Shown in pieces: positions 39,301 to 48,252 of a DNA stretch of 64,000 nucleotides. The stretch is taken from positions 1 through 64,000 of the IMG/VR virus record IMGVR_UViG_3300015371_000002; one strand, given 5' to 3'. The notes under the pieces are model-generated. The model was not told the origin of the DNA and did no database searches. It saw nothing but the letters and a program-made list of their open reading frames with translations. The DNA comes from a virus. Each line of letters starts with the position of its first letter. Within the stretch, counting starts at the first letter, position 1. The position numbers and the translations under genes were made by a program.

Positions 39301-40097
39301 GCATCGAAGTCCCCGGCGCCTGCTAGCGTGGCAGACGCTGCGAGGACTTGCGTGTTGGTTGCCGTCAGAGAGCCAGCGCCAGGAAGGGTGCTGGATGCCG
39401 ACCATAGCGGCACCCAAGTCAGAACAATTAGGCCATCAGATCCCAAGCCGCCCGCAATGGTTGTCCCAGCATGCGAACCGCCGCCACCGCCGCCGTAGGC
39501 ACCGCCCGTTCCCCGGGCACCGCCTGACGCCGTGGCGCCGCCGCCACCCGAACCGACGCCGTGGGTGCCGTCCCATTGGGTGCCAGCTCGACCGTTAACC
39601 CCGCCAGCGACAGATGCGGTGGTGCCCGCGCCAGAGCCGTTGCCTGCCGCACCACCTCCAGCTGTCGCTGTGCCGCCAGCGGCCGTCGGGCCACCCGCAC
39701 CCCCGCCGCCGCCACCTGGGCTGCTGGAGGTGCCTGGTGCGAAACCACCACCGCCAGCAAACCGGGTGGCGCCGGTCGAATTGGCCGTCGCCCCGCCCGT
39801 TCCAGCGAGCGCGGTGGTTGCATTGACGCCTTCATCGGCGATGACAAAGGTGCCGAACGCCGTTGCCACAGCACCTGCCGCCGCGCCAACCGTAACGGCG
39901 ACCGGGAACGAAGCAATGGTGACGCCGGTCGATCCAGCATATGAGCCAGCGCCACCGCCCGGTCCGCCGCGTGTGGTTGAGCGACGCGACGCGCCAGCGC
40001 CACCCGAACCCACCGCCTCGACCGTATTGGCAGTATTGTTCCAGTTGCCAGGATCAACGAACGATGTTGCGCCGGTTAGGATAAACTGCTGGGCCAA
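36306..40097 (-). CDS. Gly-rich domain plus ~49 x 20-aa repeat fibre/scaffold protein
   Basis: TTG start after AAGGA; WNNTANTVEAVGSGG domain; repeats counted by eye; C-terminus homologous to 33008..35833. Confidence 0.85.
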   Translation of the reverse strand: MAQQFILTGATSFVDPGNWNNTANTVEAVGSGGAGASRRSTTRGGPGGGAGSYAGSTGVTIASFPVAVTVGAAAGAVATAFGTFVIADEGVNATTALAGTGGATANSTGATRFAGGGGFAPGTSSSPGGGGGGAGGPTAAGGTATAGGGAAGNGSGAGTTASVAGGVNGRAGTQWDGTHGVGSGGGGATASGGARGTGGAYGGGGGGSHAGTTIAGGLGSDGLIVLTWVPLWSASSTLPGAGSLTATNTQVLAASATLAGAGDFDAYPNPGSWTFAGQGGLVADGQVPATGPTTWTGSATLAGAGGITAAAVELQLAVATEAGVGSLTATGVDLHIATATLPGVGALSGNGAHTPVGAATFAGSGSLTASPVLRDVVSVQLDGVGGLTGSGLHTPSGAATIAGSGSLTANAIQYQLASDTLTGVGSLTSTAIQYELASATLPGIGSVAGNASHTPAATAAFAGVGSLTTTEVQREVATATLGGAGGLSADGLHTPSAAALFPGVGNLTSTAVQAQIATATEAGVGSLTVDATHTPSGSATLSGDGQINATPSVAGKQFGEALLPGVGGVIADGAHTPLAAATMTGAGGLSATAVQLQLDTATLSGTGFLSAAGTHNPSASDTLSGVGSLTATTIEYQAASATLGGIGAFIADATHTPSGAATIAGSGNLTASATQVELATATLPGVGQLTSQPVAGLLDTAALAGVGALQADGQHSPSGQASEAGIGSLNATAAQIWRTNSATLPGVGALVANPFVAGKQDGSATLTGVGTLSASPIQIELATATLPGSGTIVTAEVQRELASGILPGVGSIIATPVQADLASALIGGAGSLTANASHTPAGTAQIDGVGTLTAATTQAVLASAVLPGVGNLVGNATHTPSASATIAGVGSFTADAATAGVQSGAATFGGSGSLSATAVLIAAGSAALSGVGQPTSAEVGQLVTSATEPGIGSLTANIVGRLVASTALTAVGTIIADATQAGVQNGAATLTGLGSLTIANPIQRLAGNVSLAGDSTLTATELARLLGAVTVSALGTLATDGLRITYSATTIDGVGSLTAVPARASTCTASISGAGSLTATSLNIIAASSATVAGVGTVTGDGIPCQFGDGTIAGIGSVTATGKLTAAVSATLGGSGSLTVSAGVIRRAATAQIDGVGTETITPVQRQVAGALLPGDGLADGTPDQNWASSAQIDAVGTAEGAGSWHPSATRTTFGGAATINATPHVIPPALERPPPGAAHARGPGGTALAAPRRYSGLAVGVT

Positions 40098-41326
40098 TGC
40101 GATTCCTTTTCGTGCACCAGAGTTTTCCCGGTCAGTATCTCCATCTCATCCGGCATTTGGCCGCGATGGGCCACGAGATCGTCTTTATCTGCGTGCCAAG
40201 CCCCAACCGTATTCCCGGCGTGCGTCTCGTGCTCTATCCGAAGACGCGGCCGGCCGAGGATAATGTGCATGCGGCAGCACGCGACTTAGACGCCGCCATG
40301 CGCCGTGCTGCCGCGGTCGCCAACACCGCCGCACTGGTAAAGCAAGGCGGCTTTACTCCCGATATCATCATCGGCCACCATGGCTGGGGCGAGATGCTCA
40401 ATCTTCCGGACGTCTGGCCGGATACGCCGATGCTCGGCTACTTCGAATTCTACTATCGCACCCGCGGTGCCGATGTCGGCTTCGATCCGGAATTCCCGAC
40501 GCTGATCAGTGACTATCCGATCGTGCGCTCTAAAAACGCGCTCAACCTGTTGGCCTTCGACATGGGTCAGCATGGGCAGACCCCAACCAACTGGCAGCAT
40601 TCGACTTATCCGGCATGGGCGAAGCCATCTATTTCGTTGGTGCCGGAGGGCGTGAACATTGGTGCGCGCCGCCCTGTCGCCGCTCGGAAGACGCTCCAGG
40701 TCGGCGGCATGACGATAAAGCCGCGCGACAAACTGGTGACCTACGTTGCCCGCGACCTGGAGCCTTATCGCGGATTTCACATCATGATGCGCGCCATCCC
40801 GCGCCTATTGCGCGCCCGCCTCGACATCCGCGTCCTATTGGTTGGTGGCGACGGTGTTTCTTACGGACAGCGACATCCAGATGGACCGTGGCGCCAGATT
40901 ATGTTGGAACATCTTGGCGGAGCCATCGACCCGGCTCGCGTGGCGTTTCCCGGTCGCGTTGAACGTTCGCTCTATCTCGATATCATGCAGCGCTCGGACG
41001 CGCATGTGTATTTGACCTATCCATTCGTCGCGTCATGGTCACTGCGCGAGGCGCTGGCGATGGGCTGCGCCATCGTTGCAAGCGACACAGCACCGGTCAC
41101 CGAATTTGTTCGCCATAGCGATACCGGATTGCTAGTGCCGTGTCTGAATCCAGAGGCGGTGGCCGAAGCGGTGCTGCGGTTGTTGGAAGATAAGGCCCTG
41201 GCGCACCGCCTACGAGCTAGCGCGGCGCGCTATGCCGCGAGTGCTCTATCGATTACCGCGCACCTCGAAAGCTACCAGCGTCTGATCTCTCAGGTCACTG
41301 CCCAATCGAGCTTTTCGCTACCCTGA
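40097..41326 (+). CDS. GT4-family glycosyltransferase
   Basis: MRFLFVHQSFPGQY, PDIIIGHHGWGE, ARDLEPYRGFH, YPFVASWSLREALAMG. Confidence 0.92.
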   Translation: MRFLFVHQSFPGQYLHLIRHLAAMGHEIVFICVPSPNRIPGVRLVLYPKTRPAEDNVHAAARDLDAAMRRAAAVANTAALVKQGGFTPDIIIGHHGWGEMLNLPDVWPDTPMLGYFEFYYRTRGADVGFDPEFPTLISDYPIVRSKNALNLLAFDMGQHGQTPTNWQHSTYPAWAKPSISLVPEGVNIGARRPVAARKTLQVGGMTIKPRDKLVTYVARDLEPYRGFHIMMRAIPRLLRARLDIRVLLVGGDGVSYGQRHPDGPWRQIMLEHLGGAIDPARVAFPGRVERSLYLDIMQRSDAHVYLTYPFVASWSLREALAMGCAIVASDTAPVTEFVRHSDTGLLVPCLNPEAVAEAVLRLLEDKALAHRLRASAARYAASALSITAHLESYQRLISQVTAQSSFSLP

Positions 41327-41568
41327 TAGATGTCGCTGACATCGACATACCACTGGGTAATCAGATTGTAGACATCGTCTGCCGACATCTCACCCATGTA
41401 GCCGTATCGCTCGCGTGGCACCTTGACCATGCGCACCGGTTCGTTGCGCACATTGCCTAGCTCAAGATGCGAGGAGTGATCCAGATGTTCGTCATCGTCG
41501 GGATTGACCACTGAATAGATCGCGTTGCTCTCGGTGCCAACGATCAGTCCGATGAACTTCGTCGCCAT
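41290..41568 (-). CDS. small hypothetical protein
   Basis: 92 aa, tightly coupled to the upstream minus-strand gene. Confidence 0.6.
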   Translation of the reverse strand: MATKFIGLIVGTESNAIYSVVNPDDDEHLDHSSHLELGNVRNEPVRMVKVPRERYGYMGEMSADDVYNLITQWYVDVSDIYQGSEKLDWAVT

Positions 41569-41569
41569 G

Positions 41570-42298
41570 TTACCACCGCAAAGTAGAACCGAGCATCAAT
41601 TGCTTCGGCGGAACTACGATCCCGCCCGCACCACCGATCGTTCCTGAGCCTAGCTGCGTAGGAACGGCAGCAACGTCAATGCCAACGGCGCACCATTCAG
41701 TAGAGGTTGCGCCAGCGGTCCATGCGAGGGTCGAGGCCCCTGGCGCGTAGGCGCCCCGGAAATTCTCAGAGCTCGCGTCTGTGAAGGTAAAAAGCTCCGC
41801 CGAGCCCGTGGCCGTCCACGAGGTCATTGCGGCGGTCGAGGCGCCCAGCGTGCCGATATAGTTTCCCGTCGCGCTGGTAACCGAAAGGCTCGGGGTCCCG
41901 CTTGTTCCGGAGTTAGTGGCCAAGTGGAGAAACGTCGCCGCGATCGTCGCGTTAAGCGAGCCGTTGAACGATACCGCAGAGAGCGCGGCGGGGACAGAAC
42001 TCGTCCACGTCGCGGTTAGGTTCTTGTTGCCTGCCGTCGGGTTCAGCAGGCCGAATAGATATACGTTAACGTTGGTGTTTCCGCTTGAGGTTTCCCCTAC
42101 CTGCGTCATGGTCTGCGGCGTTCCAGCGTTGTCCCACTTGACCGTAACGCCGGTCGGAAAGAAGTTTATTGCATCGAAAGCGAGCCACGCGAGGAGCGCG
42201 GTCGCACCAGCGCCGACCGTCAGGTTGCTGTTGGTCAGCGTCACGGCACCCGCGGTCGTCGCGGCAGCAGAGGCCGCGGCGTCTATCGAGACGGTCAA
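41570..42298 (-). CDS. Thr/Ala-rich beta-sandwich structural protein with one C-terminal 20-aa repeat
   Basis: 242 aa; LFGLLNPTAG motif; ends GSGTIGGAGGIVV... Confidence 0.7.
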   Translation of the reverse strand: MTVSIDAAASAAATTAGAVTLTNSNLTVGAGATALLAWLAFDAINFFPTGVTVKWDNAGTPQTMTQVGETSSGNTNVNVYLFGLLNPTAGNKNLTATWTSSVPAALSAVSFNGSLNATIAATFLHLATNSGTSGTPSLSVTSATGNYIGTLGASTAAMTSWTATGSAELFTFTDASSENFRGAYAPGASTLAWTAGATSTEWCAVGIDVAAVPTQLGSGTIGGAGGIVVPPKQLMLGSTLRW

Positions 42299-42299
42299 T

Positions 42300-42761
42300 T
42301 CAATTCATCGCCGCGAGGAACGCGCTAATCGCGGGCAGCACGTTCGGCAGCTGCGCGGTGGTTAAGTTGACCCAGACAATCCCCTGGGTGCCGGAGAACG
42401 TCCGGTCGAGCAGCCGACCCGATCCATCACGCGGGTAGTCTGTCCCGATCGCGGTCAGGATGTTGCCGCAGAGCGTGTTTAGATTCGTATACTCTGCCGT
42501 GACGCTCAGAGCCGATGCTCCAGCGAGCTGGGCCTGAACGTAAGGGATGAGCTGAGCCAATAGCGCGGAATTCCCGGAGATCACTGAGAAGTCCGCACGA
42601 TAGCTTATGCACGCCTGCCCCAGGTTTATCACGTTGTATGCTGGCGTGCCGACAGCGGCGCCGGCCTGGATCTCCAGTGCGGGCGTCTTGACGTTCGCCA
42701 GCTCGGCTTGAACCCGATCGAACGTCGCTTCAACGAGTGGCGCGGTCAGCGGATATGCCAC
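42300..42761 (-). CDS. helical protein, paralogue of 35835..36293
   Basis: Shared C-terminal motif; AGGAGA SD. Confidence 0.75.
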   Translation of the reverse strand: MAYPLTAPLVEATFDRVQAELANVKTPALEIQAGAAVGTPAYNVINLGQACISYRADFSVISGNSALLAQLIPYVQAQLAGASALSVTAEYTNLNTLCGNILTAIGTDYPRDGSGRLLDRTFSGTQGIVWVNLTTAQLPNVLPAISAFLAAMN

Positions 42762-42770
42762 TTGGGTCTC

Positions 42771-43916
42771 CTACATTGCGCTGAAGCCGGACGGCGGCGA
42801 ATAAACCCACGTGGCGGATGACGGATACATGTCGACTGAATTCTGGCCGCCTTGAATCGACGCGGCGACCGATACCCCACCGCTTCGTAGGTTCGGCGGA
42901 ATATCCAATCCTCCTTGGGCACTGGATGGGTCTTGCGTATTGCCGTCGTGCGGTGCCCAATCTCCGCCGTCGAGGCGGCACCACCACTTCCAGTTATTAC
43001 AATCGATGGCAATGCTGACGACGCTGTTCTCGGCGGGCGGCGCCACTTCGGTGAAGTATGTCGTTAGGCCGTTGTAGAAGTCGTAACCAGTGCCGTCCCA
43101 ATTGTCTTTCAGCGCCCATGAATTCTCATCGACACCAAGGTCGTCAGCTTTATTGATCGATGGGTTGGCGATCCCGTAGGCCTGGTCGGCAGCACGTTCA
43201 ATGGAAAACAACTCGACATACCAACGGCCAGACGATTTGAACTTATTGCCGGTGGTCGCTACCCAGGCTACGTCAAATTCAGCGAAGCCGTTGGCGAACG
43301 TGAGATTGCCGTTGGATCGGACAACATTGGGGCCACTTGCCCAGGTCATGATAGTGCCGCCGCCAATGCTGACATTGCCGTTGGCCGTCAGGGCCCCCGC
43401 ACCACCGATAGTGCGCGTTGCCCGCATCCGCTGGCGAGCCGTGGGAACCAGTAATCCAGATCCAGCCAGTTGCTGCGAACTAACCAGCCGTCGCACTGGC
43501 GTTGGCACCACCAGACCGCTGCCTGCCGGGAAGGCAAAGACAGAAGTGCCTTGCCTAAACGTGCCGCTGAACGATCCGCCACCCGCTCCGGCTAGGGTGG
43601 CGACCGCGCCGATCAGCTGCGGCCCCGGCAAGTGCGCCTCTGCGACGAAGCGTCCTGCCCCACGCATGAAGATATTGCCAACCACGTTGGCCGGCTGAAA
43701 TACCGTGACCACCCGAAGCGCCAGGTTCTGGTCGATCCACAATCTCCCAACCGGCAGGCCAGCAGGTGAGCGAGGCAGTAAAGATAAATCGGTGGTCTCC
43801 AACGAAATCGACACCAGCGCGTCGCGCACGTCTTGCTCGTTGATCGAATGCGGCAGCTGGCCGCTGGCGAACAGGCTGTTAATCAGTTCATCGACGGTGC
43901 GGACGGTGTCGACCAT
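42771..43916 (-). CDS. adaptor domain plus ~5 repeats plus SPRY/B30.2-like domain
   Basis: SNGNLT...KSSGRWYVE...VVSIAIDCNNWKWW...YSPPSGFSAM. Confidence 0.75.
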   Translation of the reverse strand: MVDTVRTVDELINSLFASGQLPHSINEQDVRDALVSISLETTDLSLLPRSPAGLPVGRLWIDQNLALRVVTVFQPANVVGNIFMRGAGRFVAEAHLPGPQLIGAVATLAGAGGGSFSGTFRQGTSVFAFPAGSGLVVPTPVRRLVSSQQLAGSGLLVPTARQRMRATRTIGGAGALTANGNVSIGGGTIMTWASGPNVVRSNGNLTFANGFAEFDVAWVATTGNKFKSSGRWYVELFSIERAADQAYGIANPSINKADDLGVDENSWALKDNWDGTGYDFYNGLTTYFTEVAPPAENSVVSIAIDCNNWKWWCRLDGGDWAPHDGNTQDPSSAQGGLDIPPNLRSGGVSVAASIQGGQNSVDMYPSSATWVYSPPSGFSAM

Positions 43917-44962
43917 TAGAACGGTCTTGTCGACCACATGTTAATTGAGTCGATGTGCGCGCCTTTTGGCAGACCTGCCGGATTGACTGTCGTGGTGCTG
44001 GGACCAAAGTTGGTCTGGCAATACATTTTCAGATAGCGCGATACCCCATCGGAGTATGGGCCACCGGGATTGCCAAAATTGCCCACCTGTTGTCGGTCCC
44101 TATAGATGCGAACAGCCGACGGCGTCCATTCTAACCCGTAGGAATGCTGCACGCTGGCATCCCATCCGCCATTGCTGTCGTAACTCACGTCTATCGAGGC
44201 GTCATAGGCGAACTGCTGGACCATCTGCACGTTTGCATCGTCGGTCCAGATACGCACGGGGCAAATAGCGGACCAGGCGAATGGCGGCGGCGTTATCCAA
44301 GCGATCTCATAGAACAGCCCAGGGTATCGGTCGACGGCAATGGCTATTTCCACGTAGCCTTGGTATTGCGAGAAGTTGTTGGGCGCATTGAATGTATCTG
44401 TCATCCCACTAGTGAGTGACTTGCCACCAGATGGCGCGTCGATGATATTGAGGTTTAGCCGTCCGCCAGTGAACGTGAAGATCTGCGGTGTAAGGGACGG
44501 ATCATCCGACCAGAATGCGTCGCCGCCCTCGTCAAAGCTATCGTATGCCCACTTGTTCGCATCATGTGAGTTGAAGTTATCCGAAAAGGTCGTTCCCTGG
44601 CTCGGCGGGCTGGGCGTGAATACCGTTGCATTGGCACCGAATGTGCCGCGACCGAGGTATTGCGTCCTGGCGAGCATGCGTTGGCGTGGTGTTGTGACCG
44701 CAAGTGCGGCGTTGCCAGCGCCACGATAATTACCTAGCCGTGTTCCCGGGCCGCCACCCAGCGACATTTGCAGCACATCGCCGTTCAGCCACAGGAAGCC
44801 CGGCTGCACATTGGCAGGCGTCGCTGGCAGTCCAGTGAATAATCCAGTTGAGGGATGAAGCGACTGGATCATGTCTTGAAAGTAGACTGGGGTTATGGCC
44901 TTCGGTGGCAGCCCCTCGCGGAACATCTGCAGCAGTTCATCAACCGTGCGGTTCGTTGCCAT
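43916..44962 (-). CDS. adaptor domain plus 2 repeats plus degenerate GH16-like domain
   Basis: FSDNFN...YQGYVEI...HSYGLEWTPSAVRIYRD; no ExDxxE motif. Confidence 0.7.
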   Translation of the reverse strand: MATNRTVDELLQMFREGLPPKAITPVYFQDMIQSLHPSTGLFTGLPATPANVQPGFLWLNGDVLQMSLGGGPGTRLGNYRGAGNAALAVTTPRQRMLARTQYLGRGTFGANATVFTPSPPSQGTTFSDNFNSHDANKWAYDSFDEGGDAFWSDDPSLTPQIFTFTGGRLNLNIIDAPSGGKSLTSGMTDTFNAPNNFSQYQGYVEIAIAVDRYPGLFYEIAWITPPPFAWSAICPVRIWTDDANVQMVQQFAYDASIDVSYDSNGGWDASVQHSYGLEWTPSAVRIYRDRQQVGNFGNPGGPYSDGVSRYLKMYCQTNFGPSTTTVNPAGLPKGAHIDSINMWSTRPF

Positions 44963-45324
44963 CAGATGTTCACCTTCACCACACCAGCGCTATCCACCCA
45001 TACTCGGCCAGTAGGCAATCCGCTGGTGGAGCGCGGCAGACGGGAGAAGTCGGCGGTTTGCAACGCCAATGAGATGACGGTATCTCGACAGTCTTTGGCA
45101 TTGAGTTGGTTCAATCCCTGACCATCCGCCCAAATCACCGTCAGCAACTCCGTCAAGCTGCGCAGCGTAGTGCCGGTATCCGGCGCTGGCGGTGCGCCCG
45201 GCTCGGTAATGACAAATGAGCGGAGCAGCGAGCCATAGGCATTGTTCGACGTCGCGGTGATGTCGAGCCCATAGCTTCCAGGAAGCAGCGGCTGTGTGGT
45301 GAACAGGCGATAGGTAAAGCTCAC
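44962..45324 (-). CDS. small protein consisting mainly of the adaptor domain
   Basis: LRSLTELL...CRDTVISL...LPRSTSGLPTGRVWVD. Confidence 0.7.
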   Translation of the reverse strand: MSFTYRLFTTQPLLPGSYGLDITATSNNAYGSLLRSFVITEPGAPPAPDTGTTLRSLTELLTVIWADGQGLNQLNAKDCRDTVISLALQTADFSRLPRSTSGLPTGRVWVDSAGVVKVNI

Positions 45325-47687
45325 GGCGGCAGCGGAACGCCGACGCGGACGTTGTTTGCGTCAGTCCTCTGCCACACCGTCATGGAATAGACGACCATAG
45401 GATTCTCAAGGTTGGTGCCGACCAGCAATCGACGATGGTGCTGGTCTATGGGGCTCCACGGCGGATCGCCAGGGTCCTGCGCCTTGTTGCCGCCAGTGTA
45501 GGGCGTCCATGTGTATGTCAGGCCGACCTGGACGTTGTCGAAGTAGTTTTTGATGTAACCTTGCGTGCTATTGGTGGCTGGAACCCATAGCCAGCCGTAT
45601 TTATGCCGCCCAGAGAAGTCGGCCTGATTGGCAATATGCACGTTACTGTCTAGGCCAAGCGCGGTGTTATTGAAACGATCCGCTGGGCTCTCAGCATTTG
45701 ACCAGTGGATGATGCCTGCGGAATAGTCGTTGTTAGACGCAGGCAGGAACTCAGCGGCATCGAATTCAACGTGCTGATCTTGCGGCAAGTTGTTGCTGAA
45801 GCCGTTAGCAGCTCCTTCCAGCGCTTCCGACCACCATGCTGGCCAACCCGATTCAGCCGGCTGACGCCAACCAATGATGTCGTTGAAGATCGACATCTCA
45901 ATCTCGAAATAGCCGCCACCACCGAACGCCGTTCCGAACCAATTGCCGTTGCCTTGTGTCCACCCAGGCCCAAAGTGGTAGTTGAAACGATAATTCCCGT
46001 CGGTCGGCCCATTGTCGCGGATGGAGCCATCGCCCTGCTGCACGACGCCGGGGCTGATCACGAATTGATTCTGCCCGATCGTCACGTTCGGCCCCTGTGT
46101 TCGCAGAGTGTAGCCAACAGCCGCGGCCTGCGGCGGCGCGCTGCCAGGCTGCGAAGTGACTGGCCTGACTTGTATTGCAGCGGTCGCCGGCCCGGATCCT
46201 GCGCTATTGGTTGCATATACCCGAGTCGAGTATGTCGTGTTGGTGGTCAGGTTCGGGATATTTACCGAGGCGAGCGGAGTAGATGTCGGACCGGCCCAAG
46301 CGACGCTGCCGCCATTTGACCCGAGATTCCCCGTCGGGGTGTAGCTATACCATTGACCGCCGACGTTGACGTGCCAAATCACGCCATTGACCATTATGAC
46401 GGTTGGCGAATTCCAGCCGCCTGTCCAGATGCCATTGACCATGACCGCATTCGGCTGGCCACCAGAGGTTGGCACAATCGTCCAGGTATTGCCGAATGCG
46501 TCGACCACGCTGCCAGTGCTGGGCGTGCAATAAGGCGTCGTTGGCCCATTGTCAGTAAAGGTTCCGGACGTGGTATATTGCAGCTGGTATCTGCCTTGAT
46601 CGAGCGCCCCGCCAGAAGTCGGCGGATCCCAGCCAACAATTGCCGAATTTGTCGCGACGCTGATCGCCCGAAAATTCGTTGGAACCCCGGGCAATGGGGC
46701 GGCGGCCTGCAGCGTCGCAACGTTTACCGGAGCGCTGGTTGTTCCCGTTCCCACACTATTGGTGGCAAAGCCGCGGAGATTGTAGGTCGTCGCGGCGACC
46801 AGTCCAGCAATCGTCTGCCTGTATGGTGTTCCAGTAGTATCACGCGTCCAGGTTGGCGGAAGGCCGCCCGGCGAACGAAACCAGACATTGAACGTGTCCA
46901 AGGTCCATATCAGGGCCCCGCTGCGAACAATGTTCTGCACCGTCGATGATGTATCGACGAAGGTCCCGTTACCCACCGGATGGTTTTGCGCATCCAGCGT
47001 CCAGGTAACGCCGCTCGCATCGACGACTGAGCCGTGCCCGGACGTGCAGTATGTGACCGCTTGGGCATTCTGATACGTCGTAGCGGCGTTTGTCTTGTAT
47101 TGGATTTGGTGCAGACCGTTGTCCAAAGCGCCACCAGCAGTCGGCGGCGCCCACAAGACGTCGATCGTGGTGCTGGTCTGCAGCGGCGAGGAAATGGCGG
47201 TCAGCGGGCCTGGCACCACCGCCGCAGCCTGAACCGTTATCTGGAATGGCGCCGACAACGTCTGATTCTGGCTGGCGAGGTCCGTAGCTGTGATGGTTAT
47301 AGGATACGTCGTGCCATTGGTTAGGCTCGCGGCGACGAATAGATTGGAACCAGAAATCGAAAACCGACTATCGTTGACCGCTACCCCGCCACCAAATGCG
47401 GTTTGGTCCGACAAGACGACGGATATTGTGCCGATCAGCGTGCCGACCGTCGGATTGGGAGCCAAGGATTGATTGCTCAGCGAGATAGAGCTGATCGAAT
47501 ACGGGTCCCGCGTGGCGGTGACCGTGAAGGATCCAGCGAATGGCCCGCCCAAGGTAACCGTCCCAGAGAACGGCGTGCCATCACTGGTAGATATGGTGAT
47601 CTGACCCACCAATGTTCCGGGCGGCGCGCTCTGCGGCAGCTGCAGGTTAGACAGCGCGATGTTGGTGATCGTCTTGCTGCCCGACAT
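45321..47687 (-). CDS. Ig/cadherin-like plus 2 FN3 plus GH16-like virion appendage protein
   Basis: FN3 motifs (WAPP...GLVAATTYNLRGFATNSVG; NLTTNTTYSTRVYATNSAGSG); WPAWW...EFDAAEF. Confidence 0.8.
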   Translation of the reverse strand: MSGSKTITNIALSNLQLPQSAPPGTLVGQITISTSDGTPFSGTVTLGGPFAGSFTVTATRDPYSISSISLSNQSLAPNPTVGTLIGTISVVLSDQTAFGGGVAVNDSRFSISGSNLFVAASLTNGTTYPITITATDLASQNQTLSAPFQITVQAAAVVPGPLTAISSPLQTSTTIDVLWAPPTAGGALDNGLHQIQYKTNAATTYQNAQAVTYCTSGHGSVVDASGVTWTLDAQNHPVGNGTFVDTSSTVQNIVRSGALIWTLDTFNVWFRSPGGLPPTWTRDTTGTPYRQTIAGLVAATTYNLRGFATNSVGTGTTSAPVNVATLQAAAPLPGVPTNFRAISVATNSAIVGWDPPTSGGALDQGRYQLQYTTSGTFTDNGPTTPYCTPSTGSVVDAFGNTWTIVPTSGGQPNAVMVNGIWTGGWNSPTVIMVNGVIWHVNVGGQWYSYTPTGNLGSNGGSVAWAGPTSTPLASVNIPNLTTNTTYSTRVYATNSAGSGPATAAIQVRPVTSQPGSAPPQAAAVGYTLRTQGPNVTIGQNQFVISPGVVQQGDGSIRDNGPTDGNYRFNYHFGPGWTQGNGNWFGTAFGGGGYFEIEMSIFNDIIGWRQPAESGWPAWWSEALEGAANGFSNNLPQDQHVEFDAAEFLPASNNDYSAGIIHWSNAESPADRFNNTALGLDSNVHIANQADFSGRHKYGWLWVPATNSTQGYIKNYFDNVQVGLTYTWTPYTGGNKAQDPGDPPWSPIDQHHRRLLVGTNLENPMVVYSMTVWQRTDANNVRVGVPLPP

Positions 47688-48217
47688 CAGTGCGCCTTCA
47701 GTTTGGACGTCCGTGGATCAGGCGGCATCGGCCGCGGCGGACCTTCATCGCCGGGATTGTGACTAATGTCCCGACCAATCCGGATCGGCAGGTTGAGCGA
47801 CAGGAAGTAGGTATCGCCCGTCATGAGTTTGACGGGAGAGACATTCGCTTCCACAAAGTTGGAGCCGAACCACACACGATATCCGGCTACCGATAGAAGA
47901 TGCGGTGCGGTAAACCCGCACTGCGTCTCAGAGATGATTAAAATGCCACGATCATTGATGCGCACTTCTAGACCGACCGTCGTCGAGCCGCAGACATCAC
48001 CACGGGTGTCAAAGAACTCAACGTCTACCTCCGGCTTGCCGAGGAACGGACCGCTGCGATCCGACTCGGTCATCGGCACCGGAGCTATACGTTCGCCTAC
48101 GGTCCATTCCTGCAACTCGGCCCACAGCTGCTCAATCAGTTCCGCAGCATGCGGATATGGCACACGTATTTCTTCGACCGTATCGGCGATCACCGACGCG
48201 TCGAAGGATTGGGACAT
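47687..48217 (-). CDS. hypothetical protein
   Basis: 176 aa; C-terminal SVAGYRVW...LMTGDTYFL weakly resembles the 131-aa protein. Confidence 0.6.
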   Translation of the reverse strand: MSQSFDASVIADTVEEIRVPYPHAAELIEQLWAELQEWTVGERIAPVPMTESDRSGPFLGKPEVDVEFFDTRGDVCGSTTVGLEVRINDRGILIISETQCGFTAPHLLSVAGYRVWFGSNFVEANVSPVKLMTGDTYFLSLNLPIRIGRDISHNPGDEGPPRPMPPDPRTSKLKAH

Positions 48218-48252
48218 TCGGTCGCTCCAATCAGCGACCGGAGCCGCTAAGA

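Noticed and set aside
33008-40097. Possible CRISPR array, DNA tandem repeat or DGR template/variable repeat
   Set aside because: The 60-bp periodicity is protein-level and degenerate at the DNA level; no identical repeats with spacers, no cas or reverse transcriptase gene, and no adenine-specific repeat pair seen.
34988-40263. Long plus-strand Pro/Ala-rich ORFs (e.g. 34988..35824, 39532..40263)
   Set aside because: Mirror frames of Gly-rich minus-strand genes in high-GC DNA.
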